DNA of 64,000 nt from Meiothermus sp. (GCA_033762915.1 JANRLD010000015.1:1-64000), one strand, 5' to 3'. Positions 19,453 through 29,390 are shown, numbered from the stretch's first letter. Numbers and translations: made by a program. Notes: generated by a model from the sequence alone, not told the origin.

Positions 19453-20445
19453 CTACCGCGGGGTGCGGGGAATGCGCTGGGTATGGTGGTCGTTGATCAC
19501 ATCGCAGGGGGTGTACCACCGGTCAATCTCGGTGAGCTCGTGGGGGGTAAGTTGAAAGTCCAGCGCCGCGATCTGTTCGTCGAGCTGCCCTATGCTTTCG
19601 ACGGCGAACAGCGTGGAGGTCACCCCGGGGCGGTTTACCACCCAGTTAAGCGCCACCTGCGCGGACTTCACCCCCCGATTTTCGGCAACCTTCGCGACGG
19701 CTCGGGCGATGTTGTGGGAGGTCTCGTCGCCGTACATGTCGGCGGTAAAGTTATCGGTCTTGTTGCGCAGGCTCTCGAGGTTCCCGCTAAGCAGGCCCCG
19801 CGCCAGCGGACTGAAGGGCGTGACCGCGATGCCCTGGTCGCGACAGAAGGGGAGCATCTCGCGTTCCTCCTCGCGGTAGGCGGCGTTGAGCTGGCACTGC
19901 ATCGAGACGAAGCTGCTCCACCCCCGGTGCCTCGAGGTGTAGACCATCTTGGCGAACTGCCAGGCGTACATGGTGCTGGCCCCGATGTAGCGCACCCGAC
20001 CGCTGCGCACGATGTCGTTGAGGGCCTCCAGCGTCTCCTCAATGGGGGTCTCCATGTCGAAGCCGTGGACGATATAGAGGTCGAGGTAGTCGGTGCCGAT
20101 GCGCCTCAATGAGGCGTCGATAGCGTCGAAGAGGTGCTTGCGCGAGAGCCCGCCGTCGTTGGGTCCCGGCCCCATGGCGTAGTAGGCCTTGGAGGCCAGC
20201 ACCAACTCCTCGCGCCGGGCGCGACCGAGCAGGCTTCGCCCCACCACCTCCTCGCCCACCCCGAGGGAGTAGAAGTCGGCCATGTCGAAGAAGTTGACGC
20301 CCCGGTCCAGGGCCGCCTCGAGGATGGGTGCGGAGGCCGCCTCGTCCAGCACCCAGGGTCGCCACTGGGGTGAGCCGAAGGTCATGGTGCCCAGGCAGAG
20401 TTTGGAGACTTTGAGGCCGGTGTTGCCGAAACGGACGTATTCCAT
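19453..20445 (-). CDS. Aldo/keto reductase (YajO/Tas-like)
   Basis: LCLGTMTFG, D-Y-K-H tetrad (DMADFY, LASK, IVHG), SPLARGLL. Confidence 0.92.
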   Translation of the reverse strand: MEYVRFGNTGLKVSKLCLGTMTFGSPQWRPWVLDEAASAPILEAALDRGVNFFDMADFYSLGVGEEVVGRSLLGRARREELVLASKAYYAMGPGPNDGGLSRKHLFDAIDASLRRIGTDYLDLYIVHGFDMETPIEETLEALNDIVRSGRVRYIGASTMYAWQFAKMVYTSRHRGWSSFVSMQCQLNAAYREEEREMLPFCRDQGIAVTPFSPLARGLLSGNLESLRNKTDNFTADMYGDETSHNIARAVAKVAENRGVKSAQVALNWVVNRPGVTSTLFAVESIGQLDEQIAALDFQLTPHELTEIDRWYTPCDVINDHHTQRIPRTPR

Positions 20446-20503
20446 TGGACTCCTTACTCCCCGTGAATATGGGAAGCTCCCTCGAGGTCACTCGCTCCAG
20501 GCC

Positions 20504-21007
20504 TCAGCGCTTCGGTGTATAGAACGGGTTGTGCACGTTGGCCGCGGCTTCGCGCACCTCGGAGAGCAGGGGCATTAGGCCCAGGGCATTGACGGTCGCG
20601 TCCCTGGCGGCTTGGTAGTTGTTGGCGTAGACCTCGTCGGCGTTGTCGGCCTTTGGGTTGACCCAGACCGCCACGATCACGCACCAGCCGTCCTCGGCCT
20701 CGGAGGGGAGAATGCCCTCGAGCAGGCTCTCCTGGATGCCCTTGGCAACGCCGGCCTGGGCCGGCCCCCAGGTCATGTTCTCGTGGTTTTCGCCGGACAG
20801 GGCGGCCTTGTTGATGAATACGGTGGCCGGCTTGACCGGGACGCCCGGCTGCAAGACCACCATGTAAGGAAGGTGGCCTGGACTGGGGCTGCTAAGCGCC
20901 CCGGCCCAGGCCGTCCCGACTGGGCCGCTGCGCGGCCCCAGGACCACGTTGATGTGTGCGGCGTTGGGGCCGCTGCCGATGAAGGCCTCTCCGATGTACA
21001 TGTCCAT
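20504..21007 (-). CDS. fae: Formaldehyde-activating enzyme (Fae) family protein
   Basis: IGEAFIG..NAAHINVVLGPRSGPV, KPATVFINK, GPAQAGVAK, NYQA, HNPF align with Methylorubrum Fae including the His22 equivalent. Confidence 0.88.
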   Translation of the reverse strand: MDMYIGEAFIGSGPNAAHINVVLGPRSGPVGTAWAGALSSPSPGHLPYMVVLQPGVPVKPATVFINKAALSGENHENMTWGPAQAGVAKGIQESLLEGILPSEAEDGWCVIVAVWVNPKADNADEVYANNYQAARDATVNALGLMPLLSEVREAAANVHNPFYTPKR

Positions 21008-21049
21008 GTAGTCCTCGTATTTCCCCGCCCCAGAGGGCAGGCGGGCGGT

Positions 21050-22174
21050 TTATGCGAACGTCGCCTGACGGCTGACGGTAGCGGCCAGGCGCTCCTCGTC
21101 CAGCTCAATGCCCAGACCCGGCGCCTCCGACAGGGTGATCCAGCCCGCTTCATCCACGTCGATCACATTCGTGAGGGGGTAGTCGCGGCGGGCCAGGCTC
21201 CACTCTGGGGGGTCGTAGGGATACTCGATAAAGGGCGCGCCCACGGTTCCTGCAGTAAGGTGCAGGTTGGCCATGACCCCGATGCCGTTGCCCCAGGTAT
21301 GGGGGGTGAAGATCTTTCCTGCGGCGTCCACCGCGTGGGCCAGCTTGCGCAGCCCCCCGATTCCCATGCAGCACACCACGTCGGGCTGGAACACGTCGAG
21401 GCAGTCGCGCTCCAACAGCTCGCGGAACTCGTAGGGCTCGCGGGTCATCTCCCCGCCGGCGATTCGGATCGAGACTTGTTTTCTGAGTTCGGCGTAGCCC
21501 GCGTAGTCGCCGCGGTGCAGCGGCTCTTCCACCCAGTAGACCTGCTCGGCCTCGAGGCGACTCGCCACCTCGACTGCCTTCTCGAGGTCCCACGGCTGCT
21601 GGATGTCCCAGGGCATCCGCCAGCCCTGGTTGCAGTCCACCATCAGCTCCAGCGCGTCCCCTACCGCGTCGCGGATGGCCTCGACCACGGCAAGGTCTTG
21701 CTCGAGGCTGGGCCGGCCAAAACGCACCTTGAGCGCGGGGAAACCGCGCTCGGCGACGCGCCGGGCGACCCTCACCATCTGCTCTACCGGCCGGTGCACC
21801 CCGCTGCTGGCGTATGCGCGAATGCGGTTGGAGTGACCGCCCACCATCTTCCACACTGGCTGTCCACGAATCTTGCCCGCCAGGTCCCACAGCGCCACGT
21901 CCATCGGCCAGGGGCGGCCGGCGTGGAACTCGATATTGGAGAGCACCGCGTTGTGGCGCTCGAGGTGCAGCGGGTCCTGGCCGATGAAGTAGCGGCTGTA
22001 GTCGGCAAAGCCGTACATGGCGTCGCCCGAGCCGATGCCGACGTGTCCCGAGTCGTCATAGACCCGGACGATGGTGGCGGGGAACTTGGTGCGCGGCTGG
22101 GTGTCCCAGGAGGCTGGGAAGGGCGGGTCAAGGGGGAGCTGATGGTGGGTGATTTCGATGCGGGTTATGGCCAT
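21050..22174 (-). CDS. Enolase superfamily enzyme, mandelate racemase subgroup (probable dehydratase)
   Basis: [13 protein letters not shown], metal ligands MVDCN/VEEP/GGE, QPD and PH (Asp-His dyad). Confidence 0.9.
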   Translation of the reverse strand: MAITRIEITHHQLPLDPPFPASWDTQPRTKFPATIVRVYDDSGHVGIGSGDAMYGFADYSRYFIGQDPLHLERHNAVLSNIEFHAGRPWPMDVALWDLAGKIRGQPVWKMVGGHSNRIRAYASSGVHRPVEQMVRVARRVAERGFPALKVRFGRPSLEQDLAVVEAIRDAVGDALELMVDCNQGWRMPWDIQQPWDLEKAVEVASRLEAEQVYWVEEPLHRGDYAGYAELRKQVSIRIAGGEMTREPYEFRELLERDCLDVFQPDVVCCMGIGGLRKLAHAVDAAGKIFTPHTWGNGIGVMANLHLTAGTVGAPFIEYPYDPPEWSLARRDYPLTNVIDVDEAGWITLSEAPGLGIELDEERLAATVSRQATFA

Positions 22175-22213
22175 GAATAGACCTCACACAGTCGGATGGA
22201 GGGTAAATGTTGT

Positions 22214-23362
22214 TTACCGTCTATAGTCCTGCCAGACCTCGAGGGTTCGGCGGGCCAGCTCGAGCCGCTCGTCTTTGTCAGCTAGACGCACGTTGTTCTT
22301 CCACATCGGCTGGTTTTCCGGGGCCTGCATGGTCTGGGCGACGGCCCGCTCACCCATGCGCCCGGTCCTGACCCCCCGAACCGCCTCGGCAAATCCGCTG
22401 GCCTTGAGCAGCCGTTTGAAGGCCTGGGGCAGCTTTTTGGGCTCGACCCCGAAGCAAGCCGCGGCCTGCGCGTACACCCCCTCGTTGCCCTTGAGGTTCC
22501 AGGGCAGGGCTGCCTCGAGCGCGACCGTGACCGCGACACCGTGGGGGATGTGGTAGAGGGTCCCCAGCGCATGGCCGATGTTGTGGGCAATGCCGGTGCC
22601 GCAGTTGTCGATGGCCATGCCGGCCAGGAGCGCAGCTTCCTGCATTCCCTGCCGGGCCTCGAGGTCGCCGGGTCGTTTGACCGCAGTGGGCAGGTGCTCG
22701 ATCACCAGCCGGATGGCCTGCAGCGCCATGCCGGCCGATATGGGGTTGCGCCGCTGGCCGGTGGCGGCCTCGAGGGCGTGGACCAGGGCGTCCAGCCCGG
22801 TGGAGGCGGTCACCCAGGCGGGCATGGTGGCGGTCACTGCCGCATCGAGGATCACCACGTCGGGCAGTAGCTCGTCACCCCAGGTCCACATTTTGCGCCC
22901 GTCGGCGTCGCTGACGATGCAGGTGCGCGTGACCTCGGAGCCGGTCCCCGAGGTGGTGGGTATGGCGATGATCGGCCGGCGCCCCGCCCAGGGGTTTGCG
23001 TAGAGCAGGTAGTGCTCGATTGGGTGATCGGCAGCGATGACGCCGGCCACCTGCTTGGCAGTATCCAGCGCCGAACCTCCCCCCACGCCGACGACCACAG
23101 GATGCCTAAGCTGACGCGCCACAGCGGCGGCCTCGTTGACCACCCCGACCGTCGGCTCACCCGGCGGGACCAGGTAGTTCGCCCAGCGGATGCCGTCGAG
23201 GGTGGACTGGAGGCGCTCGAGATACCCGCCTTTCGCCACCACCCCGTCCACCACGAAGGCCACGCTCTTCCCGCCCAGCCCACGCACCAGACCCGCCAGC
23301 CCGTCCACCGCCTCGCCGCCCACCAGAATGCGCGGCACCTTCCCCAGTTCGTACGCAGCCAT
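22214..23362 (-). CDS. Iron-containing alcohol dehydrogenase
   Basis: GGGSALDTAK, PTTSGTGSE, DALVHALE, HNIGH...HG metal ligands. Confidence 0.92.
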   Translation of the reverse strand: MAAYELGKVPRILVGGEAVDGLAGLVRGLGGKSVAFVVDGVVAKGGYLERLQSTLDGIRWANYLVPPGEPTVGVVNEAAAVARQLRHPVVVGVGGGSALDTAKQVAGVIAADHPIEHYLLYANPWAGRRPIIAIPTTSGTGSEVTRTCIVSDADGRKMWTWGDELLPDVVILDAAVTATMPAWVTASTGLDALVHALEAATGQRRNPISAGMALQAIRLVIEHLPTAVKRPGDLEARQGMQEAALLAGMAIDNCGTGIAHNIGHALGTLYHIPHGVAVTVALEAALPWNLKGNEGVYAQAAACFGVEPKKLPQAFKRLLKASGFAEAVRGVRTGRMGERAVAQTMQAPENQPMWKNNVRLADKDERLELARRTLEVWQDYRR

Positions 23363-23463
23363 CGTTCTCCTTCGGTTAGTGCTCAGAAGTCAGTTTTAGG
23401 GTGCGCTCGCGCACCGTCTAGCTTTGCAATTTGGTACTGGACGCTCAATGCTCGACTTTCGAC

Positions 23464-24957
23464 TCAATGCAACTCCACCCAGGTCGTCTTTAGCTCGGTC
23501 ACCTTGTCGAAGGCGTGAAGGCTCTTGTCGCGCCCGTGGCCGGACTGCTTGTAGCCGCCGAAGGGGGCGTTGATTGAGGTGTGGTCGAAGGCATTGATCC
23601 AGACCGTCCCGGCCCGCAGGCGGCGGGCGGTGAGGTGGGCTTTGGTGATGTCGCGGCACCACAGGGCGGCGGCCAGACCGTACTCGGAATCGTTGGCGAT
23701 GGCGACGGCCTCCTCGAGGTCGTCGTACTCGATCGCCACCAGGACCGGCCCGAAGATCTCCTCTCTGGCCACCCGCATGTCGTTTTGCACGTTATCGAGC
23801 ACTGTGGGCTCGACGTACCACCCGCCGGTCTCCTGCAGGATCTGCCGGCCCCCGATGGCGACCCGGGCACCCTCCTGCTGGCCCAGCTCGATGTAGTGCT
23901 TTACCCGGTCGCAGTGCTCGGCGCTGATCAGGGCGCCCAGCTCGGTGGTGGCCTCGAGCGGGTCGCCGGGATACAGGCGCTCGGCCCATGGCCTCACCAG
24001 CTCAAGCAACCGGTCCTTAACGCTGCGGTGGACGATTAGCCTCGAGCCCGCGTTGCAGGTCTCTCCCATGTTGTACCAGATTGCGTAGGCGACGTACATG
24101 GCGGCCTTCTCGAGGTCGGCGTCCTCGGTAACGATGTGGGGGCTCTTGCCCCCAAGCTCGAGGCCCACCCGCTTGAGGTTGGACCTTGCGCTGTACTCCA
24201 GGAACTTCCGCCCCACCTCGGTCGAGCCGGTGAACATCACTGCGTCGATGTCCTGGTGGAGTCCGATGGCCTGCCCGGCCTCGTGGCCTAGACCCGGGAC
24301 CACGTTGAACACCCCGTCGGGGATGCCGGCCTCCTGGGCAAGCTCGGCCAGCTTGAGCGCCGAGAGGCTGGACTGCTCGGCGGGCTTGAGGATCATCGAG
24401 TTGCCGGCCGCCATGGCCGGCCCGATCTTCCAACTGCTGATGATGAGCGGGTAGTTCCAGGGCACCACGGCCGCCACAACTCCCACCGGCTCCCGTGTGA
24501 CCATCACTAGGCTTGTGGGGCCGTTGGGGGCGACCTCGTCGTAGAGCTTGTCGGTGCACTCGGCGTACCACTGGATGGCGGCGGCGCAGGAGGCCACGTC
24601 TACGTTCACGCTCTCCTTGATGGCCTTGCCGGTGTCGAGGGTCTCGAGCAGGGCCAGTTCGGTCAGGTTCTCGCGGATCAGACTTGCCCAGCGCAGCATC
24701 GCAGACTTGCGCTCGGCCGGCTTGAGGTCGCGCCACACGCCCGACTCGAAGGCCCGCCGGGCGGCGACTACGGCCCGGTCCACATCTTCGGCGTCGCAGG
24801 CCGCGACCTCGGTGATCACCCGGCCGGTGGCCGGGTTGTAGGTGGGGAAGGTCCTGCCCGAAAGGGCGTCCACGAACTGTCCGCCGATGAAGGCCTGGCT
24901 ACGGGGCTTTAGTCTGCTGGCCAAGCTGCGCCAGTCGGTCTGGGTCACTACGCTCAC
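23464..24957 (-). CDS. Aldehyde dehydrogenase (PuuC/betaine-aldehyde dehydrogenase-like)
   Basis: VVPWNYP, FTGSTEVG, LELGGKSP, GETCNAGSR, EEIFGP; GTG start after GGAGG. Confidence 0.92.
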   Translation of the reverse strand: MSVVTQTDWRSLASRLKPRSQAFIGGQFVDALSGRTFPTYNPATGRVITEVAACDAEDVDRAVVAARRAFESGVWRDLKPAERKSAMLRWASLIRENLTELALLETLDTGKAIKESVNVDVASCAAAIQWYAECTDKLYDEVAPNGPTSLVMVTREPVGVVAAVVPWNYPLIISSWKIGPAMAAGNSMILKPAEQSSLSALKLAELAQEAGIPDGVFNVVPGLGHEAGQAIGLHQDIDAVMFTGSTEVGRKFLEYSARSNLKRVGLELGGKSPHIVTEDADLEKAAMYVAYAIWYNMGETCNAGSRLIVHRSVKDRLLELVRPWAERLYPGDPLEATTELGALISAEHCDRVKHYIELGQQEGARVAIGGRQILQETGGWYVEPTVLDNVQNDMRVAREEIFGPVLVAIEYDDLEEAVAIANDSEYGLAAALWCRDITKAHLTARRLRAGTVWINAFDHTSINAPFGGYKQSGHGRDKSLHAFDKVTELKTTWVELH

Positions 24958-24991
24958 GTCGCTGTCCTCCTGTTCCCGCAAGGTGCGGGAC

Positions 24992-25028
24992 GTTTCATAG
25001 GTAAACCAATGTTTCAAGCGTTGAGCAA
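24992..25028. promoter_or_regulatory. Candidate IclR operator upstream of the catabolic genes
   Basis: GTTTCATAGGTAAACCAATGTTTCA; 25002-25016 matches 28918-28932 at 14/15 in inverted orientation. Confidence 0.55.
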
Positions 25029-25140
25029 AGGGTCTGGCTTCGGCGGGTCGGTTTTGACCGGACCGCTCGGCTGCGGTCGGGATAGGTTCCCCCAAATGCC
25101 CTTGCGGTCGGTCCCCAGTGGGCATTGCGTGCTTTTTCGG

Positions 25141-26007
25141 CTATGGGCTACCCGCCGGGCCTTGTGCCGATGGCTTGTTGGCCTCGGCGACCTCGAGGTT
25201 TGCCGCCCGCTTCTCCACGAAGCGCCGCACGTAGTCGTTGGCGGGCTGGGTAAGGATTTGGTGTGGTGTGCCCACCTGCACCAGTTGGCCGTGGTAGAGG
25301 ATGGCGATCTGGCCGCCGATGCGCAGGGCCTCGTCGAGGTCGTGGGTGATGAAGATAATGGTTTTGTGCAGGTCGCGCTGAAGCTGCAGGAGTTGGTCTT
25401 GCATGTCGCTGCGGATCAGAGGATCGAGGGCGCTAAAGGCCTCGTCCATCAGCAGCACGTCGGTGTTGGCAGCCAGTGCCCTGGCCAGACCCACCCGCTG
25501 CCGCATCCCGCCTGAGAGTTCGTCGGGGTACTTTTGCTCATAACCCTTTAGCCCCACGCGCTCGAGCCAGGCCCGACCGGCTTCCAGCGCTGCCTCCCGC
25601 TTCTCGCCCCGGGTGGTGAGGGCGAAGGCGGCGTTCTCGAGGGTGGTCTTGTGCGGCATCAGCCCAAAGCTCTGAAAGACCATGCTCACCTTGTGCCGCC
25701 GCAGCTCTTGCAGGCCCCGGGCGTCGAGCTTGGTCACGTCCTGTCCGTCGATCAGAATCTCGCCCGCACTGGCCTGAATCAGCCCGTTGAAGTGCCGAAC
25801 CAGGGTCGACTTGCCCGAGCCCGACAGGCCCATGATGACAAACACCTGCCCCGCGGGTATGGAGAGGGTCACGTCCTGCAAGCCCAGGGTGCAGCCGGTT
25901 CGGCGCAAAACCTCGTCCTTGCCCATTCCCCCCTGGGCCAGCTTAAGGGCCTCCTTTTCCCTGGCCCCGAAGACCTTGTAGACGCGTTTGACCTCGACTT
26001 TGTTCAT
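25141..26007 (-). CDS. Betaine/proline/histidine-type ABC transporter ATPase (ProV/HisV-like, no CBS domains)
   Basis: GLSGSGKS, LSGGMRQRVGLARAL, DEAFSALDPLIR. Confidence 0.92.
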   Translation of the reverse strand: MNKVEVKRVYKVFGAREKEALKLAQGGMGKDEVLRRTGCTLGLQDVTLSIPAGQVFVIMGLSGSGKSTLVRHFNGLIQASAGEILIDGQDVTKLDARGLQELRRHKVSMVFQSFGLMPHKTTLENAAFALTTRGEKREAALEAGRAWLERVGLKGYEQKYPDELSGGMRQRVGLARALAANTDVLLMDEAFSALDPLIRSDMQDQLLQLQRDLHKTIIFITHDLDEALRIGGQIAILYHGQLVQVGTPHQILTQPANDYVRRFVEKRAANLEVAEANKPSAQGPAGSP

Positions 26008-26909
26008 ACCTTCTCCGCCGGTGCGGCCCGCCGGAAGGGGTTGGGAAAACCCCCGCCCTTGCCCAGGAGTTGGCGGCGCTGCCGCCCGTCCATCCCGTAG
26101 GCCTGGGTGATGCGGTCGATCACGATGGCCAACAGCACGATGGCCACCCCGCCCTGCAACCCGGTCGCGATCTCGAGGTTGGCTATTCCCTGATTCACCG
26201 TCTCGCCCAGCCCGCGCGCCCCAATCAGCGTCGCCAGCACCACCATCGCCAGGGCCATCATCACCGTCTGGTTGATTCCGGCCATTATGCTGGGCCGGGC
26301 CAGCGGAAGCTGCACGTTAAGAAGGAGCTGCAGCGGTGTGGTGCCGAAGGAGGTCGCGGCCTCGACGGTCTCGCGGTCTACTTGGCGGATGCCCAGGTCG
26401 GTCAGGCGGATCAAGGGTGGCAGCGCGTAAACCACGATGGCGAAGATGGCCGAGACTTGACCGATGCCCCAAAGAAAGATCATCGGGATCAAGTAGACGA
26501 AGCTGGGCATGGTCTGCATCACATCGAGGATGGGAAGGGTGATGGCCCTAAGCCAGTTGCTCCTGGAGATCAGAATCCCGATGGGGATGCCGATCAGGAT
26601 ACACAGCAGGGTCGAGACCAGCATCAACGCGGTGGTGGACATCAGCTTGTCCCACAGCCCGAAGCAGCCCACCAGGTACAAGCACAGCACAAAGGCCGCG
26701 GTGGGCAGCCAGCGCCTGGTGGCATGGTAGGCGATCAGTCCGACGATCAGCAGGATCAGCCAGGGTGGGGCGGCCCGCAGGGTGTTCTCGAGCGGCACCA
26801 AAAAGCCCTGGAGCAGAAAGATCTTGATGGCGTCGAAGATGAAGCCGTAATTGCGCACGAACTCGCGGAAGGCGGCCTCGAGGGGGGCAAAGCTGATGTT
26901 GATGAACAT
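26004..26909 (-). CDS. ABC permease (ProW/HisW-like)
   Basis: LDVMQTMPSFVYLIP, RLTDLGIRQV, AGINQTVMMAL. Confidence 0.92.
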   Translation of the reverse strand: MFINISFAPLEAAFREFVRNYGFIFDAIKIFLLQGFLVPLENTLRAAPPWLILLIVGLIAYHATRRWLPTAAFVLCLYLVGCFGLWDKLMSTTALMLVSTLLCILIGIPIGILISRSNWLRAITLPILDVMQTMPSFVYLIPMIFLWGIGQVSAIFAIVVYALPPLIRLTDLGIRQVDRETVEAATSFGTTPLQLLLNVQLPLARPSIMAGINQTVMMALAMVVLATLIGARGLGETVNQGIANLEIATGLQGGVAIVLLAIVIDRITQAYGMDGRQRRQLLGKGGGFPNPFRRAAPAEKV

Positions 26910-27061
26910 GGCTTCCTTTGGGCAAGGGCCAAGAGCAGGGAGTAAAAAGGTTTGGGCCTTCCGTCAAGGCCGGCCGATCTTGGGGGCCAGTGCGCACCGG
27001 CTGTGGGCCGGGTGGTTCGGCACACTGGCCCCAGGCTCCCTGCTCTAAGCCCGCTGCCTGG

Positions 27062-28087
27062 CTACCGCAGGCTGGCCTGCACCTTGGCGGCCACGTCCGC
27101 GGGTACCCACTTGGTCCACATGGCCTGCTGCTCGATCAAGAACTCCCGCGCAACCTGGGGGACAGGCTTTTTCGCGTCGCTGATCTCGGAGATCACCCGG
27201 TTGAAGAAGGCCAGCGGGAACTGCACCTTGGAGAGCAGCCCGTTGATGGCGTCGTTGGCGGGGATGGTGTTGGAGACGCCGAACTTGAGGTTGGTGGAGG
27301 GGGTGGCAGAGCCGCAGGGCCGGCTGTTGCTGGCGTCGGTGAGGGTCTTGAAGCAGGCCTCGTTAAAGCGGGGCTCCTCGAGGCGGGTGAAGTCGAAGCG
27401 CGACATGAAGCCGGTGGGGGCCCAGTAGTAGAACACAATGGGCTGGCCCTTCTCGTAAGCGCCGGCGATGGCGGCGTCGAGGCCCGCCCCGTTGCCGGGC
27501 TTGAAGTTGACGAAGGCCCGGTTCAGTCCGTAGGCAACGAGTTTCTGGTTGTTGGTCTTCTCGCAAGCCCAGCCGACTGGGCAGTTATAGAAGCGGCCCA
27601 GGGTGGGGTTCTCGTCGTCCTTGAACAGCGAGCGGTAGCGGACCAGGTCGGAGACACGGCGCAGGCCGGGGGCCATGGGCTTGATGTTGCGCTTGGGGTC
27701 GCCCTTGATGACGTAGGTGGGTACGTACCAGCCCTCTACGGTGCCGCCGTCGAGGATGTCGCCCACCAGCCGGGCCTTGCCGTCGGAGATGCCCTTGTTC
27801 ACGATGGCGCTCACGCCCTCCCACTGCTCGCCCCAGACCTGGAGGTCGCCCGCTACCAGCGCGGTCTCGGTGACGGCGGTGCTGCCGGGAACCACCTCGG
27901 TCTTGCAGCCGTAGCCCTTCTCGAGGATGTAGCGCACCACCTCAGTGGTGAACTGCCCGCTCTCCCAGGTGATGCCCGCGAACTTCACAGGCTTGCCCAA
28001 GGCGCAGTACGCCGAAGTGCTCTGGGCCTGTGCGCCCGCTCCCAGGGCAAGAGTGCCCGCCAACAGCCAAACAAGCTTTTTGTTCAT
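27062..28087 (-). CDS. ABC substrate-binding protein (ProX/HisX-like)
   Basis: Signal peptide; ITWESG, KGYGC, EGWYVP, NCPVGWAC, FYYWAP aromatic-rich motifs. Confidence 0.88.
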   Translation of the reverse strand: MNKKLVWLLAGTLALGAGAQAQSTSAYCALGKPVKFAGITWESGQFTTEVVRYILEKGYGCKTEVVPGSTAVTETALVAGDLQVWGEQWEGVSAIVNKGISDGKARLVGDILDGGTVEGWYVPTYVIKGDPKRNIKPMAPGLRRVSDLVRYRSLFKDDENPTLGRFYNCPVGWACEKTNNQKLVAYGLNRAFVNFKPGNGAGLDAAIAGAYEKGQPIVFYYWAPTGFMSRFDFTRLEEPRFNEACFKTLTDASNSRPCGSATPSTNLKFGVSNTIPANDAINGLLSKVQFPLAFFNRVISEISDAKKPVPQVAREFLIEQQAMWTKWVPADVAAKVQASLR

Positions 28088-28893
28088 ACTCCTCCTCCAA
28101 CATCACGCATTGATTCAAGGACCCTCTGTCGGGGCTCGAACCAGCCGAGCCGCTCAGAGATCTCCCTTGCACCCCATAACAGATGCCGTACCGCACGCTC
28201 GCGCCGCTCGGGCTCGGGCTCCTCGGTGGCCATGCACACACTCAGGGCCGCCACCGCCAACCCCGAGCTGTCGCGGATCGGCGCACTCACGCAGCACAGG
28301 TTGCGCGTCCCCTCCTGGCGGGTAGTGGCGTAGCCGCGCTCACGCACCCGCGCCAGTTCCTTGCCCAGCTCGTGCCGGGTGGTGATGGTGTACGGGGTCA
28401 GTGACGGAAGCGGCTCGTCGCCATAGAGCTCAGTAAACTGTGCCTCGCTCAACTCCGAAAGCAGCACCTTGCCCACTGCGGTGGCGTAGGCCGGAACCCG
28501 CCGCCCGATGAAGGTGGCGGGGCGGATGAGCTGGGCGCAGTCCACCTTGGCGATGAAGACCACCTCGGCCCCCTCGAGGCGGGCCAGCTGCACGGTCTCA
28601 TCGATTTCACCCACCATCCGCCCCGCAACCCGCCCGAAGACCTGCACAATGTCGAGCTGGCGGGCGTAGGCCGCGCTGAACTCCAGCACCCTCGGCCCGA
28701 TTCGGTACAGCCCGCTCTCCACGTCGACCAGTCGCTCGGCGCACAGCGAAGCCAGGGTTCGATAGACCGAGGCCTTGGGCGCCTCAGCCCGGCGGCTAAC
28801 CTCCGAGAGCGTGAGGGGCTGGAAGGAGTCGGCCAACACCTCGAGGATGCGGACGGCCACGTGAATCGCAGGCGTAGAGGGCTGAGTGGTCAT
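28084..28893 (-). CDS. IclR family transcriptional regulator
   Basis: HTH LSEVSRRAEAPKASVYRTL; PAYATAVGK; VRERGYA; alternative start at 28914 lies inside the operator. Confidence 0.92.
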   Translation of the reverse strand: MTTQPSTPAIHVAVRILEVLADSFQPLTLSEVSRRAEAPKASVYRTLASLCAERLVDVESGLYRIGPRVLEFSAAYARQLDIVQVFGRVAGRMVGEIDETVQLARLEGAEVVFIAKVDCAQLIRPATFIGRRVPAYATAVGKVLLSELSEAQFTELYGDEPLPSLTPYTITTRHELGKELARVRERGYATTRQEGTRNLCCVSAPIRDSSGLAVAALSVCMATEEPEPERRERAVRHLLWGAREISERLGWFEPRQRVLESMRDVGGGV

Positions 28894-28906
28894 CGAGAAC
28901 CCCGCT

Positions 28907-28932
28907 TGTTTCATGTATGAAACACTGGTTTA
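28907..28932. promoter_or_regulatory. Candidate IclR autoregulatory operator
   Basis: Perfect palindrome TGTTTCAT-GT-ATGAAACA immediately upstream of iclR. Confidence 0.7.
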
Positions 28933-29390
28933 TATTTGCTACAAAAAAGTATCCCGGCTTTCAAATGAGAAAGATGATAAGGACTGTGAATACTCAAAGG
29001 GCTGCACTTTGTCGTGCCCTGAGATCAACGGCGACCTCGAGGCGACCTTGTTGAAGCCAAGTCGAAAGACTCCTGCAAGATTCAGGTCGAGTTACACTTC
29101 TGGCTGCTTCGTCAGGGTCCAAGGTCAATGGCTCAACCTGCCCGCGGGGAGTTGGGTCAGGGCTCGAGTACGGCTTCCGCCACTGCGCCCAAGGCAAACC
29201 CGGTAACCAATGCCAGTGAGCGATTCGACAGCTCGAGAGGGGAGATGAGGCTACACCAACCCGGGCTGGTTCCCGAACGGCAATGCCCCAGTCCAAGGGA
29301 CCCGTTGCTGTGTTTCGGCATGTTCATCCCGGTTCCCAAAAACATTTGGCACGGTGGTGTTTACCGTGCCGAGTACCCTTGAGTCCTCGC

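Noticed and set aside
28990..29390. Lower-GC spacer at the edge of the catabolic island as a transposase remnant
   Set aside because: No transposase motifs or terminal repeats recognisable; similar unexplained spacers occur at 10100-10380, 50800-51130 and 60660-61080
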